From a bacterium (GTDB taxonomy: Bacteria > Verrucomicrobiota > Kiritimatiellia > CAIKKV01 > CAITUY01): 64,000 nucleotides of DNA. A program made the position numbers and the translations under genes. Shown here piece after piece: positions 9,022-19,296 of the stretch (its first letter is position 1; each line of letters opens with the position of its first letter). The stretch spans positions 96,588-160,587 of the forward strand of contig JBAXWB010000007.1 in NCBI GenBank assembly GCA_037128595.1, given 5' to 3'. The notes under the pieces were generated by a model, which saw only the letters and a program-made list of their open reading frames with translations, was not told the DNA's origin and did not search any database.

Positions 9022-9891
9022 ATGCGTGACTTTTTCCTCTATACACGGACGCTTCCCGGACTCCCTCAATTACCCCGGCTGATCTGCGTCGGGCTGGAAA
9101 CCCAAAGCCTGCCCACCTATGGCCAATCCGGCCGAAAGCGCGATGACCGGCCTCATGCCATTTTCCAATACACCATCGCCGGAGAGGGAGTCTTTCGCAA
9201 CGCCTCAGGGACGCATCTGATTAAGCCCGGGTGCGGATTCCTCTGCGAGTCACATGATCCTGAAATCACGTATAGCTATCCCTCTGGGGCGAAAACCCCG
9301 TGGCAGTTTCTCTTTGTCGACATTGCCGGCCGCGCCGCGCATGTTTTTATCCACGATCTGATCAATAAATTCGGGGCCCTCTACGAATTGCCACCCACCC
9401 ACCCGGTCATTGAACGACTCATGGCTTTGCGGGTCTATGATCAAGTCGGATGCCTGCTTTCAGCAACCGAAAATACCCGGTTGGTCCTCGACCTTCTCCA
9501 GGCCTTACTCGCCAGCAAGGAATCCGCACTCGAGAAAAATCCGGATCACGTCCTGATCAAGCGCGTTCACGAGTATATCCAGGCCAAGATGGCTACGCGT
9601 ATTACCGTCAGCTCCCTGGCTGATGATCTGGGTATTTCGCGTGAACACCTGACCCGTGTCTTCACGGCTCAAAGCGGGATGAGCCCCTACCAACACATCC
9701 TGGCCTGTAAGATCGAATGCGCCTGTGGGTTATTGCGCTCCGCCAACCCGCCGTCCATCAAGGAAATCACTTCGCGATTGGGGTTTGACCATGTGGATCA
9801 CTTTACCCGCGCCTTCAAACGCATCACCCACTGTGCTCCCAGGGAATTCAACCGCTTGGGCGTATTACCCACCGCTCACCGGATCAGGTAG
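9022..9891 (+). CDS. AraC family transcriptional regulator (N-terminal ligand-binding domain + C-terminal dual HTH)
   Basis: C-terminal ITVSSLADDLGISREHLTRVFTAQSGMSPYQHILACKIECACGLL...FDHVDHFTRAFKRITHCAPREF is the AraC signature. Track start 9010 is GTG; ATG at 9022 preferred. Confidence 0.8.
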   Translation: MRDFFLYTRTLPGLPQLPRLICVGLETQSLPTYGQSGRKRDDRPHAIFQYTIAGEGVFRNASGTHLIKPGCGFLCESHDPEITYSYPSGAKTPWQFLFVDIAGRAAHVFIHDLINKFGALYELPPTHPVIERLMALRVYDQVGCLLSATENTRLVLDLLQALLASKESALEKNPDHVLIKRVHEYIQAKMATRITVSSLADDLGISREHLTRVFTAQSGMSPYQHILACKIECACGLLRSANPPSIKEITSRLGFDHVDHFTRAFKRITHCAPREFNRLGVLPTAHRIR

Positions 9892-12800
9892 ATCGAGCCC
9901 GCGCCGATTCCAAACGTTGGCGCCAAACCCGTCCGCACCGTAACATCGTCAAGATAGGTTGCCCCTATCCCTGAAAAGATCAACTGACTCATCAGCGTAT
10001 TGGTCTGAACCATATGGAACCAGGAACCGGTTCGTGACAGACTGCCCTGGACCCAACTCCACCCGGCGGGATCCTCGATAGCAGCCGCCTCGTCCACACG
10101 CAACTGGAACAGGTGGTTCGAGTAGTCCTGCGCCACGGTAAACCGGGTCCAGTTTGACGTATCCACCAACGCGGCATGGGATAGCGTCAACCACTCGTTG
10201 GTCGGGGTCCCCGTCATATTCCGGTGCCAGATCACCATCTGGCGATTGGTACTGACGTAGAAGGCATACTGGAGAGTGGCATCGTTGACGGGAAGTTCCG
10301 ACATCGGCACGGGATACATCATGAAATCGAGGTATACCAGTTGCCCGGTTGAACTGTGGATTTCAGTCCGGATGTTGTCGCGCACCAGTAGCGTTTTGGT
10401 ATGGGTGGTCAGGATCGGGGGGCCGGAGAAAGAAGGATAGGGGTCCGCCAACTTGCTGTTCATGGCGGCGTTGTTGGTCACCTGGGCGGCATCGCCATAA
10501 TAGTCCGCCGTCCAGCCGTTCGTCCCCGCCAGCAGGAATCCATTAGGATAGGTTTCAAATGGCTCCTCATAGGGCACCGTGTTGATGAAAACAGTGTCAT
10601 TGATGAAAACCACACTGAAGTTGGTCTGGTAGTTCACCACTTGATCCGCATCAGCCTGGACAAAAGCCCCCTGCTGGAAGGTCAGGGTCATGTTGTAAAC
10701 CGTATCATTCGAGGCATGGGAGGTTGCGGTCCCTGTTAAATTCACACTTAACTGGTTGGCACTGTTGCGGGTGAGCTCAAACACAAGCCCGGCAGGTACG
10801 TTGGAGGTAGTATAGAGACCTGTTAAATCGGACGCAAAACTGTCCCCCGTCAGGGTGATGACCAGCGGGGTCTGGTTATCTATGGCGCCCAGGGAGCGCT
10901 CTGCAAACGTCGCCCGGCTATACGCCAGGCTCGGTGGATTTTTGAATGTAACGGCTAGATTCGTCGTTGACCCATAAATGTTGGCGGCAGCAACGGTCGA
11001 AAACGCCTCATTACTGAAAGTCAGCCGAAGATCGGCCCGTGATTGGCCGCTGGTATGCAACGCCGCCACGTTGGTCAGGGAAAGGGTAACCTGGGTGTCG
11101 CTATCCCGTATCAGACAGAGCCCCAGGCCAGCCGGCACATTCCCAAGGGAATAATGGCCTGTGAGATCGCTGGCAAAGGCCCCGTCAGTCAGGGTCACGG
11201 GCAGGGAATTCCCGATTGACCCGTTATTCCGGGATGACTCGGTGAACTCCAGACCACTGGGCAGGGCCAGGGAGGGCTGGTTGCTGAAAATAATACTGAG
11301 ATCAGTTCGTGACGCTCCCGCCAGCAGGGCCGCATTCCCTCCTGAAAAGGCCGCGTCACCAAAACTAATGGTCACATTATTGAGGCGGCTATCGGAGTTC
11401 AGATGCGCTGTGGCGTTGTTTGAAAAAACCAACACCACGCCGGCCCCGCTGTTGGTGCGGAAGGCATGGAGCTCCAGACCCGGAGGCAAATCTGAAGTCA
11501 CCGCCCCTGCTAAATCATCCCCGTCTAATCCGGCAAAGGTCTCAAAGTGAATAGCCACTACCGTCCCATTGACAGACCCGTCATTGGCTGGCTTTTCAGT
11601 AAAGGTCGTCGTCCCGTAAATCAGTGCCGGGGCATCCATGAATTGCACGGCTATGGCCGCTGTGTAATTGGACACATTTGCCGCCACCACATTGCTGGCA
11701 AATGCGCCCGCTTGAAAGGTCAGGGTCAGGTTGGTGCTGTCGGCACTGGAATTCGCCAGCGCCTTGCCCAGCAGGGTCATTTGCAACTGGGTGTCATTGA
11801 TCTTGCTGACCTGCCCTGTCAACCCCGTCGGCAGGCCGATAATGCTCAACTTGACGCTATTGGTGGCATAATCCTCACCATTATCCCCGGTGAACAGATC
11901 ATTCGTCAGATTGATGGTCAGTGCGGGTGAATTATTGATGGCGCCATCACTCACGCCCGTCATCTCCCGGAACACATTGGTGCTATACGACAGAATTCCG
12001 GTATTCCTGAAAGCAATCGTCCGGTTCCCGCTGGAGGCTCCATCAACACTGCTCGCGGACCCCAACATCAATGCGGAATCAAGAAGCGTGAAGGTCAGGT
12101 CCGAAATGCTGTTGATGGCCTCATTGGATACGGCCTGCCCCGTCAAGGCGATGCTGAGGTGGGTGTCGTTGATCTTGGTCACAACCGCCGTCAGGTTGGA
12201 AGGGAGGTTCCCCACGACATATTTGGTAGCGGCAAATATGCCATCACCGTCTGTAAAGGAGTCATAGCGCAAGCTGACGGTCAGGGGGATGGTATGGTCG
12301 ATGCTCCCATTATTGGTGACACTCTCCGTAAATCCGCCGGCGCTCCACGCAAGGGAGCGATTGGTCACCACAAAATCATCCACATAGTTGGTGCCACCGT
12401 CGCCGAAAATGACCTGCGCCATCAGGGGATTGGTCTGCACCATATAGAACCAGGAGCCAGCCGCCTGCGCCCCGCCTGCCGTGTAGCCCGCCGCGCTGGT
12501 GATCGGATCAGCCCCGTTGACGCGAACCTGAAACATCTTGTTCGAATAATCCTGTACAATCGTAAACCGCGCCCAGGTACCGGTATTGACCAGCGTCCCG
12601 GCGCCTAGGTCCAGCCATTGATTCGTCACCACCGGACTCTTACTGTGCTGCCAGATCACCACATGCTGGTTGGTCTTGATATAGAGCGCCCATTGCACAC
12701 TCGCATCATCCGGCGGATTGAGGTCGCACCAGGTCGGCATGACGGTGAAGTCCAGCACCGCCACTTTCCCGGAGGAACTCAGGATATCATTGTCCAACAA

Positions 12801-13097
12801 ATCCGTCACCGCCACTACATTGGTGTGCGAGGCCAGCGGCAGGGGATAGGCATAGGACTGGGCGTAGGTGTTGGTCAGGGCAAAGACCTGTGACACCGCA
12901 TTCGTGACCAGCCCAGCCCCTATTTTGCCGGATGACCACCCATTAGTTCCCTGAAGCAGCGTCCCACTTGAATAGGATTCAAACGAATCCGCCCACGGCG
13001 CCGAATGAGTGGCGGCCAACCCTGCCGCCGCCCAACCCAGACAAGCCATCAGGAGCGCACTCCGGAAAACCCGCCCTGGCGATGTTTTATTCATCAT
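9876..13097 (-). CDS. giant secreted repeat protein: duplicated N- and C-terminal lectin/LamG-like domains flanking ~90-aa Ig-like repeats
   Basis: Signal peptide MMNKTS...LAATHS. N-terminal domain (ADSFESYSSGTLLQGTNGW...QVRVNGADP...SWFYMVQTNPLMAQVIFGDGGTNYVDDFVV) is clearly paralogous to the C-terminal domain (FETYPNGFLLAGTNGW...QLRVDEAAA...SWFHMVQTNTLMSQLIFSGIGATYLDDVTV). Between them are repeated (L/M)TxxG(Q/K)A...S modules rich in N-x-S/T. Start chosen at ATG 13097. Confidence 0.55.
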   Translation of the reverse strand: MMNKTSPGRVFRSALLMACLGWAAAGLAATHSAPWADSFESYSSGTLLQGTNGWSSGKIGAGLVTNAVSQVFALTNTYAQSYAYPLPLASHTNVVAVTDLLDNDILSSSGKVAVLDFTVMPTWCDLNPPDDASVQWALYIKTNQHVVIWQHSKSPVVTNQWLDLGAGTLVNTGTWARFTIVQDYSNKMFQVRVNGADPITSAAGYTAGGAQAAGSWFYMVQTNPLMAQVIFGDGGTNYVDDFVVTNRSLAWSAGGFTESVTNNGSIDHTIPLTVSLRYDSFTDGDGIFAATKYVVGNLPSNLTAVVTKINDTHLSIALTGQAVSNEAINSISDLTFTLLDSALMLGSASSVDGASSGNRTIAFRNTGILSYSTNVFREMTGVSDGAINNSPALTINLTNDLFTGDNGEDYATNSVKLSIIGLPTGLTGQVSKINDTQLQMTLLGKALANSSADSTNLTLTFQAGAFASNVVAANVSNYTAAIAVQFMDAPALIYGTTTFTEKPANDGSVNGTVVAIHFETFAGLDGDDLAGAVTSDLPPGLELHAFRTNSGAGVVLVFSNNATAHLNSDSRLNNVTISFGDAAFSGGNAALLAGASRTDLSIIFSNQPSLALPSGLEFTESSRNNGSIGNSLPVTLTDGAFASDLTGHYSLGNVPAGLGLCLIRDSDTQVTLSLTNVAALHTSGQSRADLRLTFSNEAFSTVAAANIYGSTTNLAVTFKNPPSLAYSRATFAERSLGAIDNQTPLVITLTGDSFASDLTGLYTTSNVPAGLVFELTRNSANQLSVNLTGTATSHASNDTVYNMTLTFQQGAFVQADADQVVNYQTNFSVVFINDTVFINTVPYEEPFETYPNGFLLAGTNGWTADYYGDAAQVTNNAAMNSKLADPYPSFSGPPILTTHTKTLLVRDNIRTEIHSSTGQLVYLDFMMYPVPMSELPVNDATLQYAFYVSTNRQMVIWHRNMTGTPTNEWLTLSHAALVDTSNWTRFTVAQDYSNHLFQLRVDEAAAIEDPAGWSWVQGSLSRTGSWFHMVQTNTLMSQLIFSGIGATYLDDVTVRTGLAPTFGIGAGSIYLIR

Positions 13098-13138
13098 AAG
13101 CCCCCCGCGAACAAAGACGTCGTGCCCCACAGTGTCAT

Positions 13139-15046
13139 TTACTTAACCATGATCACAAACCCCGTCGCGCGGGGGCGCAATACCAGATTGGTATTCCCCA
13201 CGACCACCATTCGATGTGTCAGGGGAACCCCCTGCCAGTTAGCGGGTGAGCCCCCGGTGATATTGGCGGCCGTGAACAGGGTTAACTGGGTATCCCGGCT
13301 GATGACACTATCCATAACATTCAAGTTGACCGTTGCATTGGTCGGCAGGTTCAGGACGCCCCCCACATTCACCACCACCGCATTACCGGCCGCATTGGTC
13401 GTCCAGTTGAGTGTGGTATTTTCAGCGAGAGTACAGGCCCCTGTAATCGTCACCGCACTGTTTACCACCTCCATGGTGCCGAAGCTGTTTGTCAGCGAGC
13501 CCTCCAAGCGGGCAATAGTATTCGAGAACAGGATTGAGCCGCCCGTCCCGATCGTCACGTTACCACCCCGATAGCAGTTTGTGGCGTTCACCAATTCCAG
13601 CCTTGTGTAGTTAGCGGCACCCGGATTTGAGGCGAAGGTGTAGGTCTGGCCAGACGTTGCATTGGTCGCGTTGTTCAGGCGGAAGGCGTTCTTGCCACCT
13701 GCGGTAAAAGACATATTCGTCAGAGGAGAACCGGCTTGGTTTCCATTCACATCCACTGCTGCCACATCTCGAAAGGCAATTGTTCCCCCATTGATAACAA
13801 CTGGCCCGCCGTTCGTGTTGATCGCAGGAGTAGTCGAACTGTATACACTAAACTGGTAAACCCCACCGGCATTGCTAATGATGTTTCCTCCTCCATTTGG
13901 ACAAAGCAGGGAATTGGCATCCAGGAGACCGCCCGTGACCAGAATGGTATTATTGCTAGCGCCGGCCACATAACCTGCGGTCACCAACGTGCTACCTACC
14001 GTCCTGACTTCCCCCCCTGAAATCGTCAGTGTGCCTTTCGATGTCACACCATTGGTGGGGGAGTTGTCCCCCAACCTGACACTATTGGCAAGCCAAGACC
14101 CGCCAGACAGGGTCAGCGCTCCGACGCCACTGCTTCCAATATAAACACCGGTGGCAGCGGAGCTATCAAGAACCCCGCCTGTGATCACCACAGTACCCGT
14201 GCTACCCGAACTACTGCCTAAAGAAGAAGACGCTAAAACGACGACCGTTCCGCTCCCTGAGATATTCAATCTACCAGATGAACCTGAAGCATTACCAACG
14301 ATCAAACCTTTCATTAACCACGTCCCGCCCGAAACGTTCATCGTGGCATCATTCGCATCTCTGCCGACATACGAAGTGCAGGATCCGTTTGTCGTCACCA
14401 ATACCCCGCCTGTCAAATTAACCATTCCGACGCTCCCGGCAAGTTGGCCGACAGTTAATACACCCACACCGCCGAATAATTCATTGGTTCCCCCGTTCAG
14501 ATTTAGTAGCCCACATGATCCGGAACTATACCCAATAGTCGCCGAGTAACCTACCCAACGCCCACTCGCCACGGTCATCACTCCGGTTCCAGAAAACCCG
14601 ACAGCGGAATATGTGGTACTATTGGACGTTACGAGCAAACCATTATTAGACAGCAGGAGCGATCCACATCGACCGACGGCAGTCCCGACCTGCAGAGGGG
14701 AGACACTTCCTGCGCTCAAAACGAATGGACTGGTATTTCCAGAAATCACTATCGTGTTGGTAGCCCCACCCGGCGCACCGATATATAGGTTGGAATTCAC
14801 AAGGAAGTCTGTGGGCGTATTATTGTCAACCGTAACCGTCTTGCTCACGGCGTTTGTGATGTAGACAAAGTTATTAGACGGCGCGAGTCCCGTTGACCAA
14901 TTCGTTTCGGCACCAAAGCTCCATGCACCACCACTACTACTGGCGTTCGTCCATGTAGTGATCGCCGATTGACACATCCCCGGCGTCAAGATCAACATCA
15001 ACGTTAACCCCAACACGCCACCTCGAACAATAGTTGAATTCCTCAT
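13139..15046 (-). CDS. autotransporter-associated beta-strand repeat (PATR-like) secreted protein
   Basis: Signal peptide after MRNSTIVRGGVLGLTLMLILTPGMCQSA; long run of G/S/T/N-rich GGxxxVxxG beta-strand repeats. No recognisable beta-barrel or PEP-CTERM. ATG 15046 with AGGGGG RBS preferred over GTG 15079. Confidence 0.6.
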   Translation of the reverse strand: MRNSTIVRGGVLGLTLMLILTPGMCQSAITTWTNASSSGGAWSFGAETNWSTGLAPSNNFVYITNAVSKTVTVDNNTPTDFLVNSNLYIGAPGGATNTIVISGNTSPFVLSAGSVSPLQVGTAVGRCGSLLLSNNGLLVTSNSTTYSAVGFSGTGVMTVASGRWVGYSATIGYSSGSCGLLNLNGGTNELFGGVGVLTVGQLAGSVGMVNLTGGVLVTTNGSCTSYVGRDANDATMNVSGGTWLMKGLIVGNASGSSGRLNISGSGTVVVLASSSLGSSSGSTGTVVITGGVLDSSAATGVYIGSSGVGALTLSGGSWLANSVRLGDNSPTNGVTSKGTLTISGGEVRTVGSTLVTAGYVAGASNNTILVTGGLLDANSLLCPNGGGNIISNAGGVYQFSVYSSTTPAINTNGGPVVINGGTIAFRDVAAVDVNGNQAGSPLTNMSFTAGGKNAFRLNNATNATSGQTYTFASNPGAANYTRLELVNATNCYRGGNVTIGTGGSILFSNTIARLEGSLTNSFGTMEVVNSAVTITGACTLAENTTLNWTTNAAGNAVVVNVGGVLNLPTNATVNLNVMDSVISRDTQLTLFTAANITGGSPANWQGVPLTHRMVVVGNTNLVLRPRATGFVIMVK

Positions 15047-15106
15047 TGTTGCCCCCTTTTTACGGTTAAATTTTAGCACTTCTGCAATTCATCACATAGA
15101 GTCATT

Positions 15107-15132
15107 TTGTGACATGCTACGCCAAATTGTGA
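15107..15132 (+). promoter_or_regulatory. TTGTGA-N14-TTGTGA direct repeat (site a), 61 bp upstream of the beta-strand-repeat gene start
   Basis: tTTGTGACATGCTACGccaaATTGTGAc. Confidence 0.55.
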
Positions 15133-15147
15133 CTTGGTATATCACCT

Positions 15148-18100
15148 TCAATAAGTGCCGAAATCACGGAATCGCAGGACGGGAGTGACCTCAACCTCGT
15201 TGACTAGGTTGATCACCTGGCTACCCATCGCCACGCCAATCCCCGTAAGTTTTATCGGATAGTCAACCTTGTGATTTCCCGTCCCGTCATGTCGCCAATC
15301 CAAGGTCTCAGGCATAATACTCGGCGGCTTCAGGTGGGATTTTGAATTTATTGGAAACCTCACAAAATGCCACCCATCAAAATTGATGGAGGCCAGATCT
15401 GCCAGGTCATAAACATCGCACCCAAATCCCCCGGTGGGCCCGGAGGTCCATTGTTCACCTTCAGCATCCACAAACTCAAAAAACAATTTACCCCATCCCG
15501 AGTTACCCTTAACCCACACCCCGATGGTGTCCGGCTCACCGGGAACGGGCACAGGTCGTTTCAACTTGAGTGAGCCATACTCCTGAACGAGGAGGTGGGG
15601 CTTGTCACTCTTGCGTAACTCCAGTTCCAGGCATGCGCCTTTCTCGTCGTCATTCCCTTGACGTAATTCAAAGTTGCCCGGCTTGCGAAAACGCGTGTTT
15701 TTGGGAGCCGCCAAGACGGGAACATCAAGCAGGTCGTCTCTGCCCATAACCAATTGCCAGCCATTTGTGCCATTCATGGCATCACCAATGAATGGGGATT
15801 TTCCAGCAGGGACGGCTTCCCGCGGGAAGCTGCGTTTGCCAAGACCACCCACATTCAATGGCCGGGAGCTTGTGATATAGAATGGCTCCTCCGATATTCG
15901 CGCCTCAATTTTCTTCTCCCGGCTGGTGATTTTCACCTCCGAGCCGAATAGACCGGTTTGAATGACTTCCGCATCCTGATCCAGTAAAAGCGTGGCCTCA
16001 AGCTGCCCACGGGCCGTCCAGAAAGCATAGACGTAGCCACCCCCTCTCTTGTTAAACTCAAGGCCATACACCGTGGCAGATCCGGTATCAAGCTGCTGTT
16101 CCAGCTTGGCGCCATCGAGTATTGCCGTCATGGTGGCCGCTGCCGCATAGGCCGGATAGGGATAAACCTCGGGATAGCGGGACAAGAGCCCATCGCCCCA
16201 ACACGAGTAATAGTAGTAGTTGCCCGCATCCGTAATACTGGTGAACGGGATCCGCGGACTCCGCCACGCATGGGCTACCAGCCAATCACGGGCCGACCAG
16301 ACCGCATTCTGACGCAGCCCCTCATGCTGCACCTTGCGGTATTTCCACTCATAACAGGCAATGACTGGCTTTTCGGCCCCGAACTTACGGGAGAGTTCCC
16401 TGAGGATCCAGAAGTGACGACTCAACCCGTCTTCAGGAAGCTTATACAGCCCGCCCCCCAACTCCTCCCCGATATAATCGATATACTCGGAAGGGAATTT
16501 ATTACGATACAGAGACGCCATCACCCCGACTGAATCGCCACAGTTTCCGACCTCAAGTTTAAGTTGGGGATAATATTTCCGATAGAGCTTGGCCGTAGCC
16601 AGTGCCTCATCATAGTTTTTCTTCTCTGCCGCATCAGCCACCGCATCGGGAGGAAGGCTCTCCCCCATAAGCTCAACCGGATATCGCCCCCCCTTCCCTT
16701 CATGGAAAAGGGTTGCGGATTTCACATGGGGGAAATTGGTGAGATACCCATCCACCATCGCCCTGAAGGCATTGACATACTCCAGAGACTCAAACCCGGG
16801 AAATTTCCAATCCGCCTTGTTTCCGGCCGCTTGCTTGAACTTGTTTATAATACGACGATTTACCCAGGGAACATCGGCACTTGTAATCTGCCGGGGTTCA
16901 TAGTCTTTTTCTGAAAAGACCGGCGTGATGGTACCAATCCCCGCCCGTCCATAAATATCCTTAAGGAGTTCAGGCCGGGGAATGTCGCCATGAACGCCCC
17001 CATGACTCCAGGCAAAATAGCGGGAATCATAGCCCGCCTTCCGGGTGTCTTCGGGGAACAGGCAAAAGAATGCCGTGTGATTCAGGAGCTTCCGTCCTGT
17101 CGCTCCAGAGAGACTGAAATCAATGCTGTACCAGCCGTGCTCCGCTTGGTGCAACGCTACGGGAAACCTGGATTCATCCCCGGCCTTAGCAAGCCGGATA
17201 TCCCGTTGCCCTCCTCCTGACGCCTTGCCATCAATGTCCCGAATCGTCCATTCCAATTTATAGTCCCCTTTTTCCACAGCTCTCAACGAGGCATCCATCT
17301 CAGCGCGTTCCCCGGGCAGGTAACTATTCCCCAATACTGCGGGGAAAACGCAGAACTCAACCGGACTTTGCTCCAAGGTCGCTCCAAAAACATGGACTGA
17401 ACTGGCAACCGTATACGACGGAAGCGCTTCGCGACTGACGTAGAAATGATTCCCCTGTTCCTTTTCCCCCAACAGCTCAAAGTCAAGACGGGGCACCCTG
17501 CTTCGGTTGCTATCCTTCAGCACGCCCGGCTGCACGGACTGGAATATCAGGTCCTGGATTTTACCGGCCTCAAGCTTGATCTCGACCAGATAGAGGGGAA
17601 CGGATTTGTCATGGATCGTGATGGAACCGGCATTGGCCACTCCCTCCGGCAGCGGCTCTCCAGCCAGGGGAAGGCGAACCGTGGTATCGGCAATCTGAGG
17701 CCCCACCAGACCGCCATACCGGGTGAGCCGCGCCGTAAGAACGGGCTGTTTGGCCGGCGATTCTTCGACAGCACAAAGGACCCAGGCCCGGTAATATGGC
17801 TTATTGGGCACCGGTACCACGCAATTCTCCCTAGCGGCATTGTAGGGGTTGCGCGTCCAGTAACGTTCCCCGCCCAGATCATCCCCCCACACGTTCCTGA
17901 TGCTTGAAAGATCTACATTGTCCCCGCCACTGAGCACATTGAAAGGGATACCCGCCACTTGACTTAAGCCTCCACCACTCTTCAGGTCAAGCAGCAGAAA
18001 CCGGGAAGGCTCCTTTCGTACCGCGACAGCAATGTCCCGTATTGCCGTATTTGGCGGCATTTCAAAGGATATCTTATTAAGCGGGTTCGCCAACCCGATC

Positions 18101-19278
18101 CGGCCACAGTACCGCCCGCCGATCCAAACCTCCACGTTCGCGGGATCAGTCAAGCGAAACTCATATTTAACAAATCGTTCGGATGCCCCGGGAATCTGCG
18201 CCCAATCCCGCATATAAGCGGGTTGCGCATCCGGATCCATTTGCGAAATCTGTGGCCTCACAAAGTAGTCGATTTCATCACGGAGTCCCGCATCGAGCCC
18301 TGAAAACTTGATTGAGGCATCAGGCAACAAAACACTCCCGGGCACCTGCTTCGATACCGGTTTGTCTGCAAATTGCCCCGTTTTGTCGTCCTGCTCATAA
18401 ATACTTTGCGCCACCATCCGGGTGAAACGAAGCGGCATGACTTTCCCGGTAATCACCTTCTCGACCCCGGCCTGATCGACCAGCCTTATAGCCACTCCGC
18501 CTTTCAACCATCCAATCCTGACGCTGGCGCTGACGGTTCCGGCATCCGCCGGAACGGGAATATCCCACACGGAAAACCCATTGGCCGTGGAGATGCTGCC
18601 CTCGGCAACAAAGGCCTCTTTCCCGCGAACAGGCAAGGCCACCAATTGAATTTCATCAAAATCAATGGGAGTACTGGTTTTGAAATTGAACCCCATCAAT
18701 GGGGTCCCCAGTGTCTCGACGACCCCGAATTTAACCCATCGTCCGTCGATGGCCGCAAACGCTTCCAGAGTACGTCCGCAGGAAACCATCTTGATTTCCG
18801 ACCAACCCGATGCGGGAAACCCCGCCAGTTGAAGATCCTTGAACGACGCCATCGGCATGGCCATCCTGGATGTGGCGGCCCCATTTTTGAACGCCATCCC
18901 TTCATCGCTAATGGCAAACGTATATTTCTGCAGCTTCAGCTTGTTCCCGTCGCCTTTCGCCACGAGTTCCAGGTCAAAGGCCCTCTTGCTGTCGCGCGGA
19001 AACTGAAACTTAAAGCGAAATTCATAATCGGGGACTTGAGCCGCCGGGATCAATTGATTCATCCCCCCGGCGTAAACGGAAGCGGGCTTGTCTTCTTTCG
19101 GCCTGAACTTCAAATATCGCAGGGCCGGGGGAATTTCGCCCAGTGTGCAGGCATCGGTAAAGATGGACTGCGGAGGAATGTCGTTATAGCCATTGAAATC
19201 ATCCTTAAAAACAACGCCCTCCGCGACAGCCACGCCGGCCATTCCCGCAAGAACCAATATCATCATCCATTTTTTCAT
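15148..19278 (-). CDS. very large secreted protein (1376 aa), function unknown; possible carbohydrate-active or binding protein
   Basis: Clean signal peptide MKKWMMILVLAGMAGVAVA. No motif I can assign. Begins 19 nt after the 711-aa gene. Confidence 0.5.
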   Translation of the reverse strand: MKKWMMILVLAGMAGVAVAEGVVFKDDFNGYNDIPPQSIFTDACTLGEIPPALRYLKFRPKEDKPASVYAGGMNQLIPAAQVPDYEFRFKFQFPRDSKRAFDLELVAKGDGNKLKLQKYTFAISDEGMAFKNGAATSRMAMPMASFKDLQLAGFPASGWSEIKMVSCGRTLEAFAAIDGRWVKFGVVETLGTPLMGFNFKTSTPIDFDEIQLVALPVRGKEAFVAEGSISTANGFSVWDIPVPADAGTVSASVRIGWLKGGVAIRLVDQAGVEKVITGKVMPLRFTRMVAQSIYEQDDKTGQFADKPVSKQVPGSVLLPDASIKFSGLDAGLRDEIDYFVRPQISQMDPDAQPAYMRDWAQIPGASERFVKYEFRLTDPANVEVWIGGRYCGRIGLANPLNKISFEMPPNTAIRDIAVAVRKEPSRFLLLDLKSGGGLSQVAGIPFNVLSGGDNVDLSSIRNVWGDDLGGERYWTRNPYNAARENCVVPVPNKPYYRAWVLCAVEESPAKQPVLTARLTRYGGLVGPQIADTTVRLPLAGEPLPEGVANAGSITIHDKSVPLYLVEIKLEAGKIQDLIFQSVQPGVLKDSNRSRVPRLDFELLGEKEQGNHFYVSREALPSYTVASSVHVFGATLEQSPVEFCVFPAVLGNSYLPGERAEMDASLRAVEKGDYKLEWTIRDIDGKASGGGQRDIRLAKAGDESRFPVALHQAEHGWYSIDFSLSGATGRKLLNHTAFFCLFPEDTRKAGYDSRYFAWSHGGVHGDIPRPELLKDIYGRAGIGTITPVFSEKDYEPRQITSADVPWVNRRIINKFKQAAGNKADWKFPGFESLEYVNAFRAMVDGYLTNFPHVKSATLFHEGKGGRYPVELMGESLPPDAVADAAEKKNYDEALATAKLYRKYYPQLKLEVGNCGDSVGVMASLYRNKFPSEYIDYIGEELGGGLYKLPEDGLSRHFWILRELSRKFGAEKPVIACYEWKYRKVQHEGLRQNAVWSARDWLVAHAWRSPRIPFTSITDAGNYYYYSCWGDGLLSRYPEVYPYPAYAAAATMTAILDGAKLEQQLDTGSATVYGLEFNKRGGGYVYAFWTARGQLEATLLLDQDAEVIQTGLFGSEVKITSREKKIEARISEEPFYITSSRPLNVGGLGKRSFPREAVPAGKSPFIGDAMNGTNGWQLVMGRDDLLDVPVLAAPKNTRFRKPGNFELRQGNDDEKGACLELELRKSDKPHLLVQEYGSLKLKRPVPVPGEPDTIGVWVKGNSGWGKLFFEFVDAEGEQWTSGPTGGFGCDVYDLADLASINFDGWHFVRFPINSKSHLKPPSIMPETLDWRHDGTGNHKVDYPIKLTGIGVAMGSQVINLVNEVEVTPVLRFRDFGTY

Positions 19279-19296
19279 AGTAGGGGTCCCGGTATT